NCBI GenBank assembly: GCA_008690995.1
Contig: VRMN01000005.1
Span: forward strand, 248,001 to 312,000
Length of the DNA stretch: 64,000 nt
From: Porphyridium purpureum
Taxonomy: Eukaryota
Direction of reading: 5' to 3'
Positions 21,178-31,485 of the stretch are shown here, piece by piece (position 1 is the first letter of the stretch; each line of letters starts with the position of its first letter). Under the pieces are notes generated by a model that worked only from the letters and a program-made list of their open reading frames with translations, made no database searches and had not been told where the DNA came from. Both the position numbers and the translations under genes were made by a program.

Positions 21178-22566
21178 TCACGAAGAAACGATGGATACGC
21201 CACAGCGTATCCAGTCCATACCTTCTCTTGAGCCACCAAAATCGTCCGCGCCCTTTCGGATCGGCGCGTTCGCCCCATTTGTGGTTGTGATCCGACGCAC
21301 AACACCGAGGTTCTCGTGCCAGTACTGGTCTTGTTCGCACGATCCAAAACTCAGGCTATCCAGCAGGTAGTACGCCTGGCAGGCCGTGAAGCAAGCGCTA
21401 CGCGTCTTGATCGGCTCCGTTTGATTCATCCCGCTCGAGAAGTAGAACGAGTTTACATACGAGCCTTATATTAAGACACGCTTGTCGAGGTAGACCACGT
21501 GCGCCTCAGCAAAAACTGGGCGTTGCACACACTCCTGTGGCACGCGAGGTCTAAATGCATGTTGAAATCGCGCGCACGCAGTGCCCACGATCAAGCGCGG
21601 GATTGTGCCAAAATTTATGATCATCCTGCAGTGACAGCTCGAGTACTGCGTTGCCCGGTTCCCGAACTTGGACCGCGCCTCACAGATCAAATCGCCATTC
21701 TCATGATAGTGCAGATACCGCGTGCCGTACTGGCTCCAACGCTCCACCTCCAAATTGACAGACGGGGCTAATGGCGACTGGCATTTACTGATGTCATTGG
21801 TTCGCGTCCTTGCGCCCTCGTCGTCGTAGATTGAGTTCTATGCCGGCTTGTCCGGTGCGCCGCAGAACCACGGCACCGCCACGTCCTTCTCATGTATTAT
21901 CTCATCATTCTGCTCCTCCATGTGCTGCACGAAGCGCGTAGCGGGCATCTGCACGCCGGCGACCTGGCGGCTCATTTCGTGACCCTCCATGATGTGCTGG
22001 TAAGGGTACGACTTCATCTGCTCGGCCGACATGGACACGTGTGTTTTGTTTACAAGCGTCCCTTCCCAGAATTTCATGACAGTGCGAGCCACCAGCTCCT
22101 TCAATTCATCTTCCGGCACACTCGAGCACGAGCCCTCCACGTCAAGTTCCGAGAACTGCGCAACTTGCTCGCGCGTGAACAAAGAGTTGACGCGCAAGCC
22201 CTTGACAAGCTGTATATCGCGAAGTTTCTGAAGTGTAACGAAGCGCCCTGTCGGTATCTTCAGATCGAGCTGGCCCAGCTTCCTCCGTCTAGGGCGTCCT
22301 CCTTCATCGCTGGCGCCGCGCCACACGCATCAAATAGTGCCATTAGTACGGTCAAATCGCGTGCCGAGAAATTAAAGGCCATTCTGCAGCTCCTTTCTCA
22401 ATCTACTCCGCAAGGATGTACTTTCCAAGCCACTGAGTTTCTTCTCTTCTTCCGTTGTATCAACCTTTTTTCCCGACAGTCTGGTTGCCTCTCGCCCTGC
22501 TCTGCCTCGTTCTGTCTCACAGAAATGTTCCACCCATTGTGCCACTTGCCTCACCTCTTTTTGCAC
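21178..22566 (-). pseudogene. Probable pseudogene of unknown family
   Basis: Track ORFs 22372-22566, 21838-22326, 21466-21753 and 21178-21429 share one frame. Only four internal stops interrupt about 460 codons. Confidence 0.5.
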
Positions 22567-22615
22567 TATCCAAATGCCAAGCTCTGCGTGCGCAGAGCCT
22601 TTACGACCCTTTGCT

Positions 22616-22676
22616 CATCGCGACCCCTCACATCGCGACCTCTCACATCGCAACTCTTCAACTTGCGACCCCTCAC
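22616..22676 (+). repeat. About 15-bp tandem repeat (CATCGCGACCCCTCA) x4, imperfect
   Basis: Read directly. Confidence 0.7.
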
Positions 22677-23603
22677 GGGCAAAGGGGCGCAAAGAGCACA
22701 TCAGAGGAAGGATAAAAGGGTCCTTGAAGGCAAAAGGCTCGACAAACCGTAGACGTCGGGCCGTAGGGAGGCTCAAGGTCCGCGAAGAAAATATGTGATA
22801 GAGAAAATGTACCTGCTTTATGGCTCTGGGCATAGAGTACAGCGGGCGTGCTTAGCACATCGTGCGACACAGCGCCGGCCGACTCTCGTCTGAAGCATTC
22901 TGAAAGTGCTGAAGTTTGATCAATCACTCGTTCGGTGTGAAAGAAATCGAGAATCTCTCGTGAAAGCCAGCCATGCCAAGGAAAAGTGTCGCCCTTGAAT
23001 GAGATCGACGCTTAAACGGACCTAGTTTTCAGCTTGATGCGGTCCGCAACGCGTAGCATCCGTGACCGCACGTGCTGCAGCGCCAGGCAAACGGCAAGGT
23101 CATCAGTTGTGTCTTCGTGTCGCTAGCGCATGTTGACCTTGATCACTGCACGAACCCGCCCATCCGCCAATTGCAGACTGCTTTTTAGCACGCATGGAAT
23201 GAAAGAGAGAGGTACAAGTTGATGTGAATCCTTCGAATCGCTTATCAGCGACTTGCCATTCTCGTAATCAGCGACATAATTCGCTGAAACGCTCCAACCA
23301 CTGCGCTTCGAGAACACTCATTGTTCGAACGCGACTCACGGACCCGGCCACCGACCTCGACACAGATTCGGTCGAGATCCTGCGCTTCGTCGTCTACGCA
23401 CGCTACCACTGGCACGTGGACCGCAGTCTCGGTGAAGCGGTTCTCCGTCCGCTTTGCTCATCTAATCGCTCACGAGCATCCTAATCCACGATTCTCGTCG
23501 ACGAGCTCCAACGCCCTTCACAAGAACATCCACACCACTGCTGCTTCAGTGACAGTCGACGGAGGGAAAACTCGTGACGCAGCTGCGGCGTGAAAGCGAA
23601 GCC

Positions 23604-26600
23604 ATGTTTATCTCTGCGTGTGGTGCGCGAGTCCAATCAAGCACAGACCGCGGATCGCTTGCGCATTGGCGAAAGAGTACCGCACCCGCTTGCCCAACGG
23701 CGGCTCGCCCCGCACGATGTGCGCGTCGGTTGGTTCGGCCGCTCTGTGCGCGAGAGGATGACTACGAAAGTGCAGATGACGAGGACAGCTCGGGCGATCA
23801 GGAGAGGCGACGTAGGCTCAAATGGGACCAGAAGATTCTGAATGAAACAAAGCAGGTGGAGCCTCGGGCAAAAGGCGTCGGTCCGACTTCTTTCGCGCGG
23901 GAATTCAAGCAAGCGGATTGGTCGTGGATTCCGCAGGAGTCTGGCCGTCAGGGCTCTGGGGCAATGCTATCGCGGCCAGTGTACGAGAAGGAGGGCGCAG
24001 CGGAGGAAGCAGCCGAGTTCATATCGCAGGGCGTCTTTGATGAAGATGAAGATACAGATGATTCGGCACCAGATGACGGTGAAGACAATAATATCGGGAA
24101 GACGGTAGCGCAGTCGGGCTCCCGGAGGCTCTCTGGTAGTTACGCGTCAGACGAAGGCACTGAGGATGACCGCTCTCCTCGCGATCAGCAGGGCGACTCC
24201 GGTCGCCGTCAGAATGCGGCAACGTGGGCTTCTAAGGAGCAAGCGACAGACTCGCTCGTGCAAGCTGCGCAGGAGGGTTTCCTGCCTGCGCGAAAGGCAT
24301 CTAACATGTACGAGGATGCAGCACTAGCGGCCAAGTTTCAGCAAGCGCGCGAGTTGGCCGCGCTAGAGGCGAAGCGCATGCGCTCGGAAGAATTTGTCCG
24401 CCGCATGCGGCGCAAAGCGAAGCGAATTGCCAACAAGAACATTAACAAGATGCACAAACGTGGCCATCCACCGCCGCCGGGTCGTACTCCTGAAGAAAGG
24501 AAATACAAAAATGCGGTCAAGGAGCTTATTCGTGTGAACACGCGCGACGTTGATTACTTCTATTCGTTGCTCCCCGATGAGTGGCGATTTTGGTCGCAGC
24601 TCCTGATCAAACGTCCCCAAGTGAAAAAGACAAAGATGCTGTTGTTTGACTTTCACCTCGTCAGGAAATATGAGAAACGCGTGAATGAGGTGCTTGCGAA
24701 ATATGGCCCGCTCTTGGCATCTGTGGTAGGTCTGAGTTGCAGTAGGCCCAAAAATATCCGTAAATTCGGGCTTACGAAGGTTATCATGGTATGTCCTTCT
24801 TTGGCCATGATCGGACAGGGGAAGCAGACAATCATCTATAGGAAGGATGATCCGCCCTCGCAAGATATGATTGATGGCGTGGCCAAATGGTTCGAGCTGT
24901 CGCTTGCTGGCGCTCCGCGTACGCTGCGAGATCTGGACTTCTGGATGAAGCGCGCCCTCGACCGGCGGCATCAGCGCCAGGTGCAGCGTATCGCAGACGC
25001 GCAGAATCGTGAATACAGCGCACGCCAGCAGGAGCGCGTCACGGAGATCGCCCGATTAGCGCCCATGCTGGCAAAAGTGCGCGACTTGGACCCTGAATTT
25101 CTGAAGCTCGTAGGTGCTGAGATGTTTTACACCGAGTCAGACCCTGAGAATCCTTATTATTGTGCGAACCAATCTTCTCCAAGCCGATCTGAGGATGCGC
25201 TTGACCGCGCATTTCTAGAGCAGGAAGATTTGCAGAGCGCTGCTGATGAGGATGGAGACATCGCGCCACACGGTCAATGGAGTGACGAGGTTGACCTTGG
25301 TCTAGGTGAAGCGGAGATGGACAACGAGCACGAATGCTCTGACATTATAGTTTCGGCTGCAGATGATGAGCGCGCAGACGAATATTTCTATCTTGAACGA
25401 GAACGACGAAACGGCATGGCAGAGACGCGGCTAAAGAAGAAATCGATAATGGCACTGACAGACGGGGCGAAATCAGCAGACGTAGTAGCCTCGACGGGAA
25501 CCGTCTTCAATGGTTTAGATTTTGACCCACGGCTCCGAGCTACACTGGTCGACTCGCCCGCACTACTTGCCAAAGTGTCGCGGTTACTGCTTAGCTCACG
25601 AATGTTGGGCGTCCATTGTGAATTTGTGGGAGACCAACCGTCCGTCATTTGCCTATCCATGAGTGACGTTCGCGAGACTGATGACGAAGCAGCATTCACA
25701 GGTGAGAGCCTGTCTATTATCATCGATCTTATGGCCGAAGCAAGTGATGATGATGAGTACATCTCTTGGAAAGTGGATATTCGAGACATGTTTCGGGACT
25801 TGTTCGAAGACGACGCGCGAGTGATTGTCATCCACAATGGCGATCGAGTAATCTCAACGTTGAAGCGGCATTTTGAGCTCGAGATGGGCTGTGTCGTGGA
25901 TACGCAGGTCCTTTTCGAGCAGCGCATGAGAATGGGCACACAGGAAAATCTCTCGGCGCCAGAGAAAGACTCTTGGCTAGAGCTCACAGAAATGTACGGA
26001 CTTGGACCGCTGAGTGGCATTTCAGCGAGCCAAGTCGGGCATAGTATCGACCAGGAGCTGTGGGAACGCCGTCCCCTGTTACGCTCGTCGATGAAACAGC
26101 TTGTAGATCGAAGCAAGTATTTGATCTATCTTTACTACTGCCTGGTGAAAGAGATGTCCCAGATAAGCACTTTGGCTCATTGGACACAAGCACTGGCCAG
26201 ACCCGAAAGTTTCCGCGCCCTTCGAAACTCTGATGGCTTCGAGGCTTGTGTCACGGCAACGGCGCCACGTACGTGTTCGCAGTTCCTCTTTTCATTTTCC
26301 CGGGACCTTAACATTGAATGTATCCCAGTGGAGGAAGAGGAGCAGGGGCATGCAGTGGAATCGGACACGGCAAGACATTTTTCTGAGTCAACCCGAGGAT
26401 CTGCCTTTACACCGTTTAATGCATCTTTGATTTATCCCGTTGCCTCTGGTGCGGAATCTGGCACGGCAGACGACAACTGGGTGAAGATACTCCGCGGGTA
26501 TTTGCCTGCAGCGCTCGTTACGCAGCTTATGGATCTGACACTCGAGCACCCTGTTTCGATGACTTGGGATGCTTCAGGCACGGTTTCGGTGTGTGTGCGT

Positions 26601-27746
26601 ATGGCTGATGGTTTGCTCAGGTCACAAGCTCGAACGCTCAATGGGTCATTTTCACTTTCAGAATTTGTGTCGCGCCTGGCTGTCGTAGACCGTGATCTGC
26701 ATCAGGATTTGACTGTCAGTGGCTCAGGCTTTCTTCGGGAATCTCTGCATCGCGTCAGTGCCGGCTCTGAAAATTCGGACGACACGGAAGACAGAGATGG
26801 ATTTCAGTTGCTGGACACGACTGTCCAGCGAAAGCACGGCCTTCAATATGGTGGCCTTCGTCGCATGGAGATTTCCTTGCGATCATGCAACTCTCAAATA
26901 AGTGAGCTTGTGCTTGACGTGATCGGTCAAGTGCAACGGGCAAGTGTTGACAAGACTCAGCACAACGTCTTGATTAGCGGCTGCGAGTCGGATGGAAAGT
27001 CATCTCTTTTGCGAGGGATTGTCAGGCGCCTGTCGCAAGATCGTCGTCTGCGAATCCTTGTAGTCGACTCTTGCGGGGATCTCGGCGGTCGGTACACCGG
27101 CGATACCCCCTGGTTCAGTCAGGCACTTGGACACGTGGTGCGTGTCGAAATTCCAAGGGGAAAGGCGGTGGCAGAAATCTTAGGCGCTGCGGTCGAGCTG
27201 CATTCTCCCGATGTACTCGCCGTTGATGATGTCATGAGTCCAGCCGATGCAGCCATGATTCGGGAGATGGCAGTCCAAAACCCACACATGAGTGTCGTAT
27301 GCTCGACACAATTTCTAGTGTCCAGGTCTTCCGCGGATGACTATCAATGTGCAAGAGGCAGAGTCGACAGCGTCAAGGAGCTCGTTCGAGGGATGATGAT
27401 GACCGACACCGGCAGGACTCTACTCTCACCGCGACGAGATGCTCCAGATGCAGCGGCCTTTAATAGCATGCTCTTTCCGATGATTGCGAATAATTGTATC
27501 ATTCTACGTCGCGAGCCGGACTTGCGCGAGACGACCGAGTCCAATCTAGCAGATACAGACCTTTTGTGTGATGAAGACTTTGAAATGAGATACTCGCTGG
27601 ATTCCGGAGAGATGATGCTAGTTAGATCTCATGGCTCAAGAACGAGTGAGACGAAGGGGAGCGCTGGAAAGCAGAAAGTCGCTTCAGCGGCCGTCACACG
27701 GCTTGTGCAACGTATGCCAGTCAGAACGTTCGCCGGGCATGTATGA
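23604..27746 (+). CDS. Probable plastid-targeted multidomain protein: EXD1/Egalitarian-like 3'-5' exonuclease fold plus Ycf45/SpoIIIAA-like P-loop domain, both degenerate
   Basis: First ATG at 23604 gives an MFISAC.. Ser/Arg/Ala-rich leader. Exonuclease-like segments: LGVHCE, VIHNG..VVDTQV, WERRPL, YLIYLY. P-loop segments: NVLISGCESDGKSSLLR, ILVVDSCGDLGG, AVELHSPDVLAVDD. Confidence 0.8.
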   Translation: MFISACGARVQSSTDRGSLAHWRKSTAPACPTAARPARCARRLVRPLCAREDDYESADDEDSSGDQERRRRLKWDQKILNETKQVEPRAKGVGPTSFAREFKQADWSWIPQESGRQGSGAMLSRPVYEKEGAAEEAAEFISQGVFDEDEDTDDSAPDDGEDNNIGKTVAQSGSRRLSGSYASDEGTEDDRSPRDQQGDSGRRQNAATWASKEQATDSLVQAAQEGFLPARKASNMYEDAALAAKFQQARELAALEAKRMRSEEFVRRMRRKAKRIANKNINKMHKRGHPPPPGRTPEERKYKNAVKELIRVNTRDVDYFYSLLPDEWRFWSQLLIKRPQVKKTKMLLFDFHLVRKYEKRVNEVLAKYGPLLASVVGLSCSRPKNIRKFGLTKVIMVCPSLAMIGQGKQTIIYRKDDPPSQDMIDGVAKWFELSLAGAPRTLRDLDFWMKRALDRRHQRQVQRIADAQNREYSARQQERVTEIARLAPMLAKVRDLDPEFLKLVGAEMFYTESDPENPYYCANQSSPSRSEDALDRAFLEQEDLQSAADEDGDIAPHGQWSDEVDLGLGEAEMDNEHECSDIIVSAADDERADEYFYLERERRNGMAETRLKKKSIMALTDGAKSADVVASTGTVFNGLDFDPRLRATLVDSPALLAKVSRLLLSSRMLGVHCEFVGDQPSVICLSMSDVRETDDEAAFTGESLSIIIDLMAEASDDDEYISWKVDIRDMFRDLFEDDARVIVIHNGDRVISTLKRHFELEMGCVVDTQVLFEQRMRMGTQENLSAPEKDSWLELTEMYGLGPLSGISASQVGHSIDQELWERRPLLRSSMKQLVDRSKYLIYLYYCLVKEMSQISTLAHWTQALARPESFRALRNSDGFEACVTATAPRTCSQFLFSFSRDLNIECIPVEEEEQGHAVESDTARHFSESTRGSAFTPFNASLIYPVASGAESGTADDNWVKILRGYLPAALVTQLMDLTLEHPVSMTWDASGTVSVCVRMADGLLRSQARTLNGSFSLSEFVSRLAVVDRDLHQDLTVSGSGFLRESLHRVSAGSENSDDTEDRDGFQLLDTTVQRKHGLQYGGLRRMEISLRSCNSQISELVLDVIGQVQRASVDKTQHNVLISGCESDGKSSLLRGIVRRLSQDRRLRILVVDSCGDLGGRYTGDTPWFSQALGHVVRVEIPRGKAVAEILGAAVELHSPDVLAVDDVMSPADAAMIREMAVQNPHMSVVCSTQFLVSRSSADDYQCARGRVDSVKELVRGMMMTDTGRTLLSPRRDAPDAAAFNSMLFPMIANNCIILRREPDLRETTESNLADTDLLCDEDFEMRYSLDSGEMMLVRSHGSRTSETKGSAGKQKVASAAVTRLVQRMPVRTFAGHV

Positions 27747-27834
27747 ACGTGTTTGAACGAGACGATAGCGAGTGTATCTGGCTGAGATAAAGCGATAGAC
27801 ATGTCCATTGATGACGTTAATTTGAATTCCGAAA

Positions 27835-30800
27835 TCACTTAAAGGGCAAGCTCGGCAAGAGCGGGCACATTGTTCTGAAGCGAATCGGGTCAGTAATAAG
27901 AGTCGCGCCACATGGAAGCGCACTGCCGCTTTCGACATGAGGAATATCGTGGTTCTTTCCGTATACTTCACTTCGGAACTTCCGGCGACATTTCCCACCG
28001 CTTGCGATGTGGTCATCAAAGAATTGGACGAGCTCCGCCTTGGTCACCTCACGCAGCATGTCTCCCTCGGTGAATTTACGGTCGTACAGATACTCTCGAT
28101 CTCCAATTTCTGCCCACCATGCATTGGTTTGCTGCGTAAGCCGCTTCTCTGGTTCGAGCTTCACTGCAATGAGTGAATCGACGTATCGTTTCATATTTTC
28201 GTCAGACATCGTCTCCAGCTCGCTTTCCCGGAACTGTGTCAAGAAGCTTTCAATGCGTTCATCCAACTTATCCGGCGACTTGACTGTCGACTGAATAATA
28301 ATGCGCAGGCCTTGCGAAGTCTCAACACGAGAGATGCCGCTGAAAACCATATAGCCGAGTTGTTCCACTGTACGCAGCTGGTGAAAGCAAGGCTTGTTGA
28401 TCATTTCTGCGAGCAATTCAAGCAGCACGTCTACGCGAGTGTTCGATTCTGGAATTTGGAAGTATAGTTCTATTGCAGAATTCTTGTCTTCCGAGTTTGA
28501 CCCTTTCTGGCGGAACACGGAACCTTGGCAGCCCACCGGAATCTGCACGATGCGCCGTTGCGGATACTCCCCTTCGTACATAGCCTTGAAGTGCAGCTTC
28601 TCATCCATGAACTGCGTGATGGAAAGCGTGTCCTCGATCGAAATGTTGCCATGGCTCAGCATCTCCACGTACATGCGATCAAACAACACGGTTCGAAATT
28701 CCTGCACTTCCTCAATCGATACAGAACTGCACACATCAATGTAGTCGCGGATGTGCCAGCGAGGGCTCTCTGTGCAGTACGACACGGCATATATGGCGTG
28801 ATGGAAAGGTTGCTCTTTGAAAAAATTCTGGTAGTCGCGCTTCATGCCGTCAACGATGAAGGCAAAACGCTCCTTGTTCACGGTGTAATTGGCGATGCGC
28901 TCAACAATGGCACGCAGAAGCACGAGTAGACGGTCATTGTACCCACGCACCATGAAGCGCATGCCCATCATTGTATTTGACAGCGTGTACCGGAGCCCAG
29001 CAATGTCTGCATCGTACGCAAACTCATTCAAGTCATCGTTCAGCAATTGTGTGTACAGGTTGGTCAATACCGCGCTGCGCGGGCTTTGATACGCCGCAGG
29101 GCTTGAGAGTTCGAAATAAATGTTCGCTTTGGGCCGCAGAAAGACCGTATCTTGTGCATAATGCACTCGCCACTTTTCGTCGTCACGCACGCGCACCGGA
29201 TGACGGTCACGTGGTGACTCTGGAACCGAAGCCGGAAGCGGTAGCAACTGAAAGCTCTTGGGAATAAATGAATTACATAAGGGAAAATGCAAAGCAGGAT
29301 CTTGCCTTGCATTTGTCCAGTGCTCAATTTGGGCCGGCTGTAGCTTCTGCACAGTATATGGCGTCTTGTACCATGGTTCCACTGAGTCAAGCACAAATTG
29401 CTCGGCATTGTCCGCACAGGCAAGCACGATCCATACTGTGCTTGGAATAAGCTTTGCCAACACGGCATTCACCTGCTCTTGATCAAAATGAAAATACATG
29501 CTCGGGCCTGTCAGCCAGTGCTTGACGGGGAAATGTTTCATTTCCGATGCGATTCTAGTGGCCAAGCTCATAGGTTCTTCTCGCTCCTGGAATCGGAACG
29601 CCATGGCGGCAATGTCATGACATTCTGCGAAAACCCATTCCTCGATCTTTTGCGACCGAATGAGTTCCAAATACCCAAATGTGTCCTCAATAATTTCGTG
29701 CACGTGCTGTACACCTTCCCTAGTTAGTTCGATGCTGATTTCAAAGGTGCCAAACGTCTCTGTACCCATACCGGGACCTGCAGCAAGCCCATCAGCCCAT
29801 CCTTTACCCTTCAGCATGGACAGAAGACTGCCCTTTCCCTCGTGCCCGACTAGATGTGAAATGATCTGAGCCGGCTTGGACTCGTAGGTATGTCGGTATG
29901 GATCAATAATCCACATGAGTTCCAATACATGCACATCCTTCACGGGCACCACCATGTACCACATGCCTATCTGTTCTGGTTCGTACGGTGATTGGTCTTT
30001 GTATGCATGGAAAGGTGCGGCGCGATGCTTATTCTGGACGGGCGAAAACAAATCTCGTACCTTTGCTTCGAGCGTGTCGAGGTCTTCCGGTGCGACAATG
30101 CACAAGTGCATCAGATTTGCAGAGTAGTACTCGTCATGGAATGCAAGCAGAGCGTCGCGAACCGAGATGTTCTTCTCGGCGGGCATTTCGCCCAGCGTCG
30201 CGAGCGATCCGGTGCCAAACTTGTGGTAAGGATGCGAGAGAGAAGCCATACTTTTCCGGAGTTGGAATAGTCGGTGCGCGTCGGACTGCAAGTTTTTTTG
30301 GTGCTCAGAGTCGACTGCTTTCATCTCGCGTTCCGTTGCACTCTCGGTGAATAGCGGCGAGATGAAAAATTGCGCGAACCGATCGAGTGCTTCGTGAAAC
30401 TTGGACTTGACGATTTGAAAATGATAGTTTGTGTTTTCCATTGACGTGTATGCGTTGGAGAATCCCGCATGCTCGGCCAAGAACTGCCGGTACGATCCTT
30501 CGTCTGGGTACTTTTCCGTACCTAGAAACAGCATGTGCTCGCAAAAGTGCGCGAGACCCGGAATATCGTCCGGATCCGAAAAGTGTCCGACAAAGACGTC
30601 CAGACTTGCCGCCGCGTTCTCCGACTTGGGGTCCGACACCAGCATGACCTTCATCTCATTGGACAGCGTGACGGCCCGGTACAAACGGGTATCCAGGGGC
30701 GACACCTGTATGCCATTGCGCTCTATGTATGCTTCCCCAGCACCGCTCCCGTTCGCGTGGACGGTCCGCAACGCGTCTTTCTCCATGGCCATCAACGGCT

Positions 30801-30996
30801 GGCCGTAAGCAGTGCGCTTTACCGCGCCTGTCGCCGCGGCACAAAACGATGCTCCCGGACGCACCGCACGCGTGCCGCACGCTTCGCGCGCCGCAAGCAG
30901 TCTCGAAAGCCCACGCCACAAACCTCGCGCTCCCCAAGCCGGCCGTCTTGCCACCACCATCCGCGATCGGCCCTCAACTACAACGATCAACGCCAT
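27835..30996 (-). CDS. IDE: Insulin-degrading enzyme / M16A metallopeptidase with N-terminal targeting-like extension
   Basis: GLAHFCEHMLFLGTEKYP (HxxEH), SNAYT, ALDRFAQFF, HLVGHEGKGSLLS and QLRTVEQLGY. Confidence 0.96.
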   Translation of the reverse strand: MALIVVVEGRSRMVVARRPAWGARGLWRGLSRLLAAREACGTRAVRPGASFCAAATGAVKRTAYGQPLMAMEKDALRTVHANGSGAGEAYIERNGIQVSPLDTRLYRAVTLSNEMKVMLVSDPKSENAAASLDVFVGHFSDPDDIPGLAHFCEHMLFLGTEKYPDEGSYRQFLAEHAGFSNAYTSMENTNYHFQIVKSKFHEALDRFAQFFISPLFTESATEREMKAVDSEHQKNLQSDAHRLFQLRKSMASLSHPYHKFGTGSLATLGEMPAEKNISVRDALLAFHDEYYSANLMHLCIVAPEDLDTLEAKVRDLFSPVQNKHRAAPFHAYKDQSPYEPEQIGMWYMVVPVKDVHVLELMWIIDPYRHTYESKPAQIISHLVGHEGKGSLLSMLKGKGWADGLAAGPGMGTETFGTFEISIELTREGVQHVHEIIEDTFGYLELIRSQKIEEWVFAECHDIAAMAFRFQEREEPMSLATRIASEMKHFPVKHWLTGPSMYFHFDQEQVNAVLAKLIPSTVWIVLACADNAEQFVLDSVEPWYKTPYTVQKLQPAQIEHWTNARQDPALHFPLCNSFIPKSFQLLPLPASVPESPRDRHPVRVRDDEKWRVHYAQDTVFLRPKANIYFELSSPAAYQSPRSAVLTNLYTQLLNDDLNEFAYDADIAGLRYTLSNTMMGMRFMVRGYNDRLLVLLRAIVERIANYTVNKERFAFIVDGMKRDYQNFFKEQPFHHAIYAVSYCTESPRWHIRDYIDVCSSVSIEEVQEFRTVLFDRMYVEMLSHGNISIEDTLSITQFMDEKLHFKAMYEGEYPQRRIVQIPVGCQGSVFRQKGSNSEDKNSAIELYFQIPESNTRVDVLLELLAEMINKPCFHQLRTVEQLGYMVFSGISRVETSQGLRIIIQSTVKSPDKLDERIESFLTQFRESELETMSDENMKRYVDSLIAVKLEPEKRLTQQTNAWWAEIGDREYLYDRKFTEGDMLREVTKAELVQFFDDHIASGGKCRRKFRSEVYGKNHDIPHVESGSALPCGATLITDPIRFRTMCPLLPSLPFK

Positions 30997-31310
30997 CTAA
31001 CTGGCCGACACCCCGCCGTAACGCGCTAACGCGCCAGCGCGGAAAAAAAACTTAAAAAAGATATTAACTTCATATTTTATTAAATAATAGTGCAAAAGAT
31101 TAAATAATGGCAGGAGCACTGTACACTAGGAATGAGTGCGAAGGGTTTGGGGTACAGTAGATTCTGGTTTTCAGGGCCAGTGGCGCGAGCGCGGGTGGAT
31201 GAGAGCGGAGTAACGACAGCGGGAGGGAGCGCGGCTGCGACTGGCGCAGAACGGCCACGCGGGCGGCGCGGTGGTGCGCTGTGTGAGCGTCGGCGGCGGC
31301 AGCGCGCAGC

Positions 31311-31441
31311 GGCATAGCGGCAGCGGCAGCGGCAGCGATAGCGGCAGCGGCAGCGGCAGCGGCAGTGGAGGCGGTTGTTTTGGCGGTATAGGTGGTCGTG
31401 GTGGTATCGGTGGTATCGGTGGTCGTCGTGGTGGTGGTTGG
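31311..31441 (+). repeat. (GGCAGC)n and (GGT)n-rich simple repeats upstream of the TBC gene
   Basis: Read directly. Confidence 0.8.
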
Positions 31442-31485
31442 TGCGGGATGAGCTGAGGGATGACTGCGTGCCTATAGAGGTGAGT

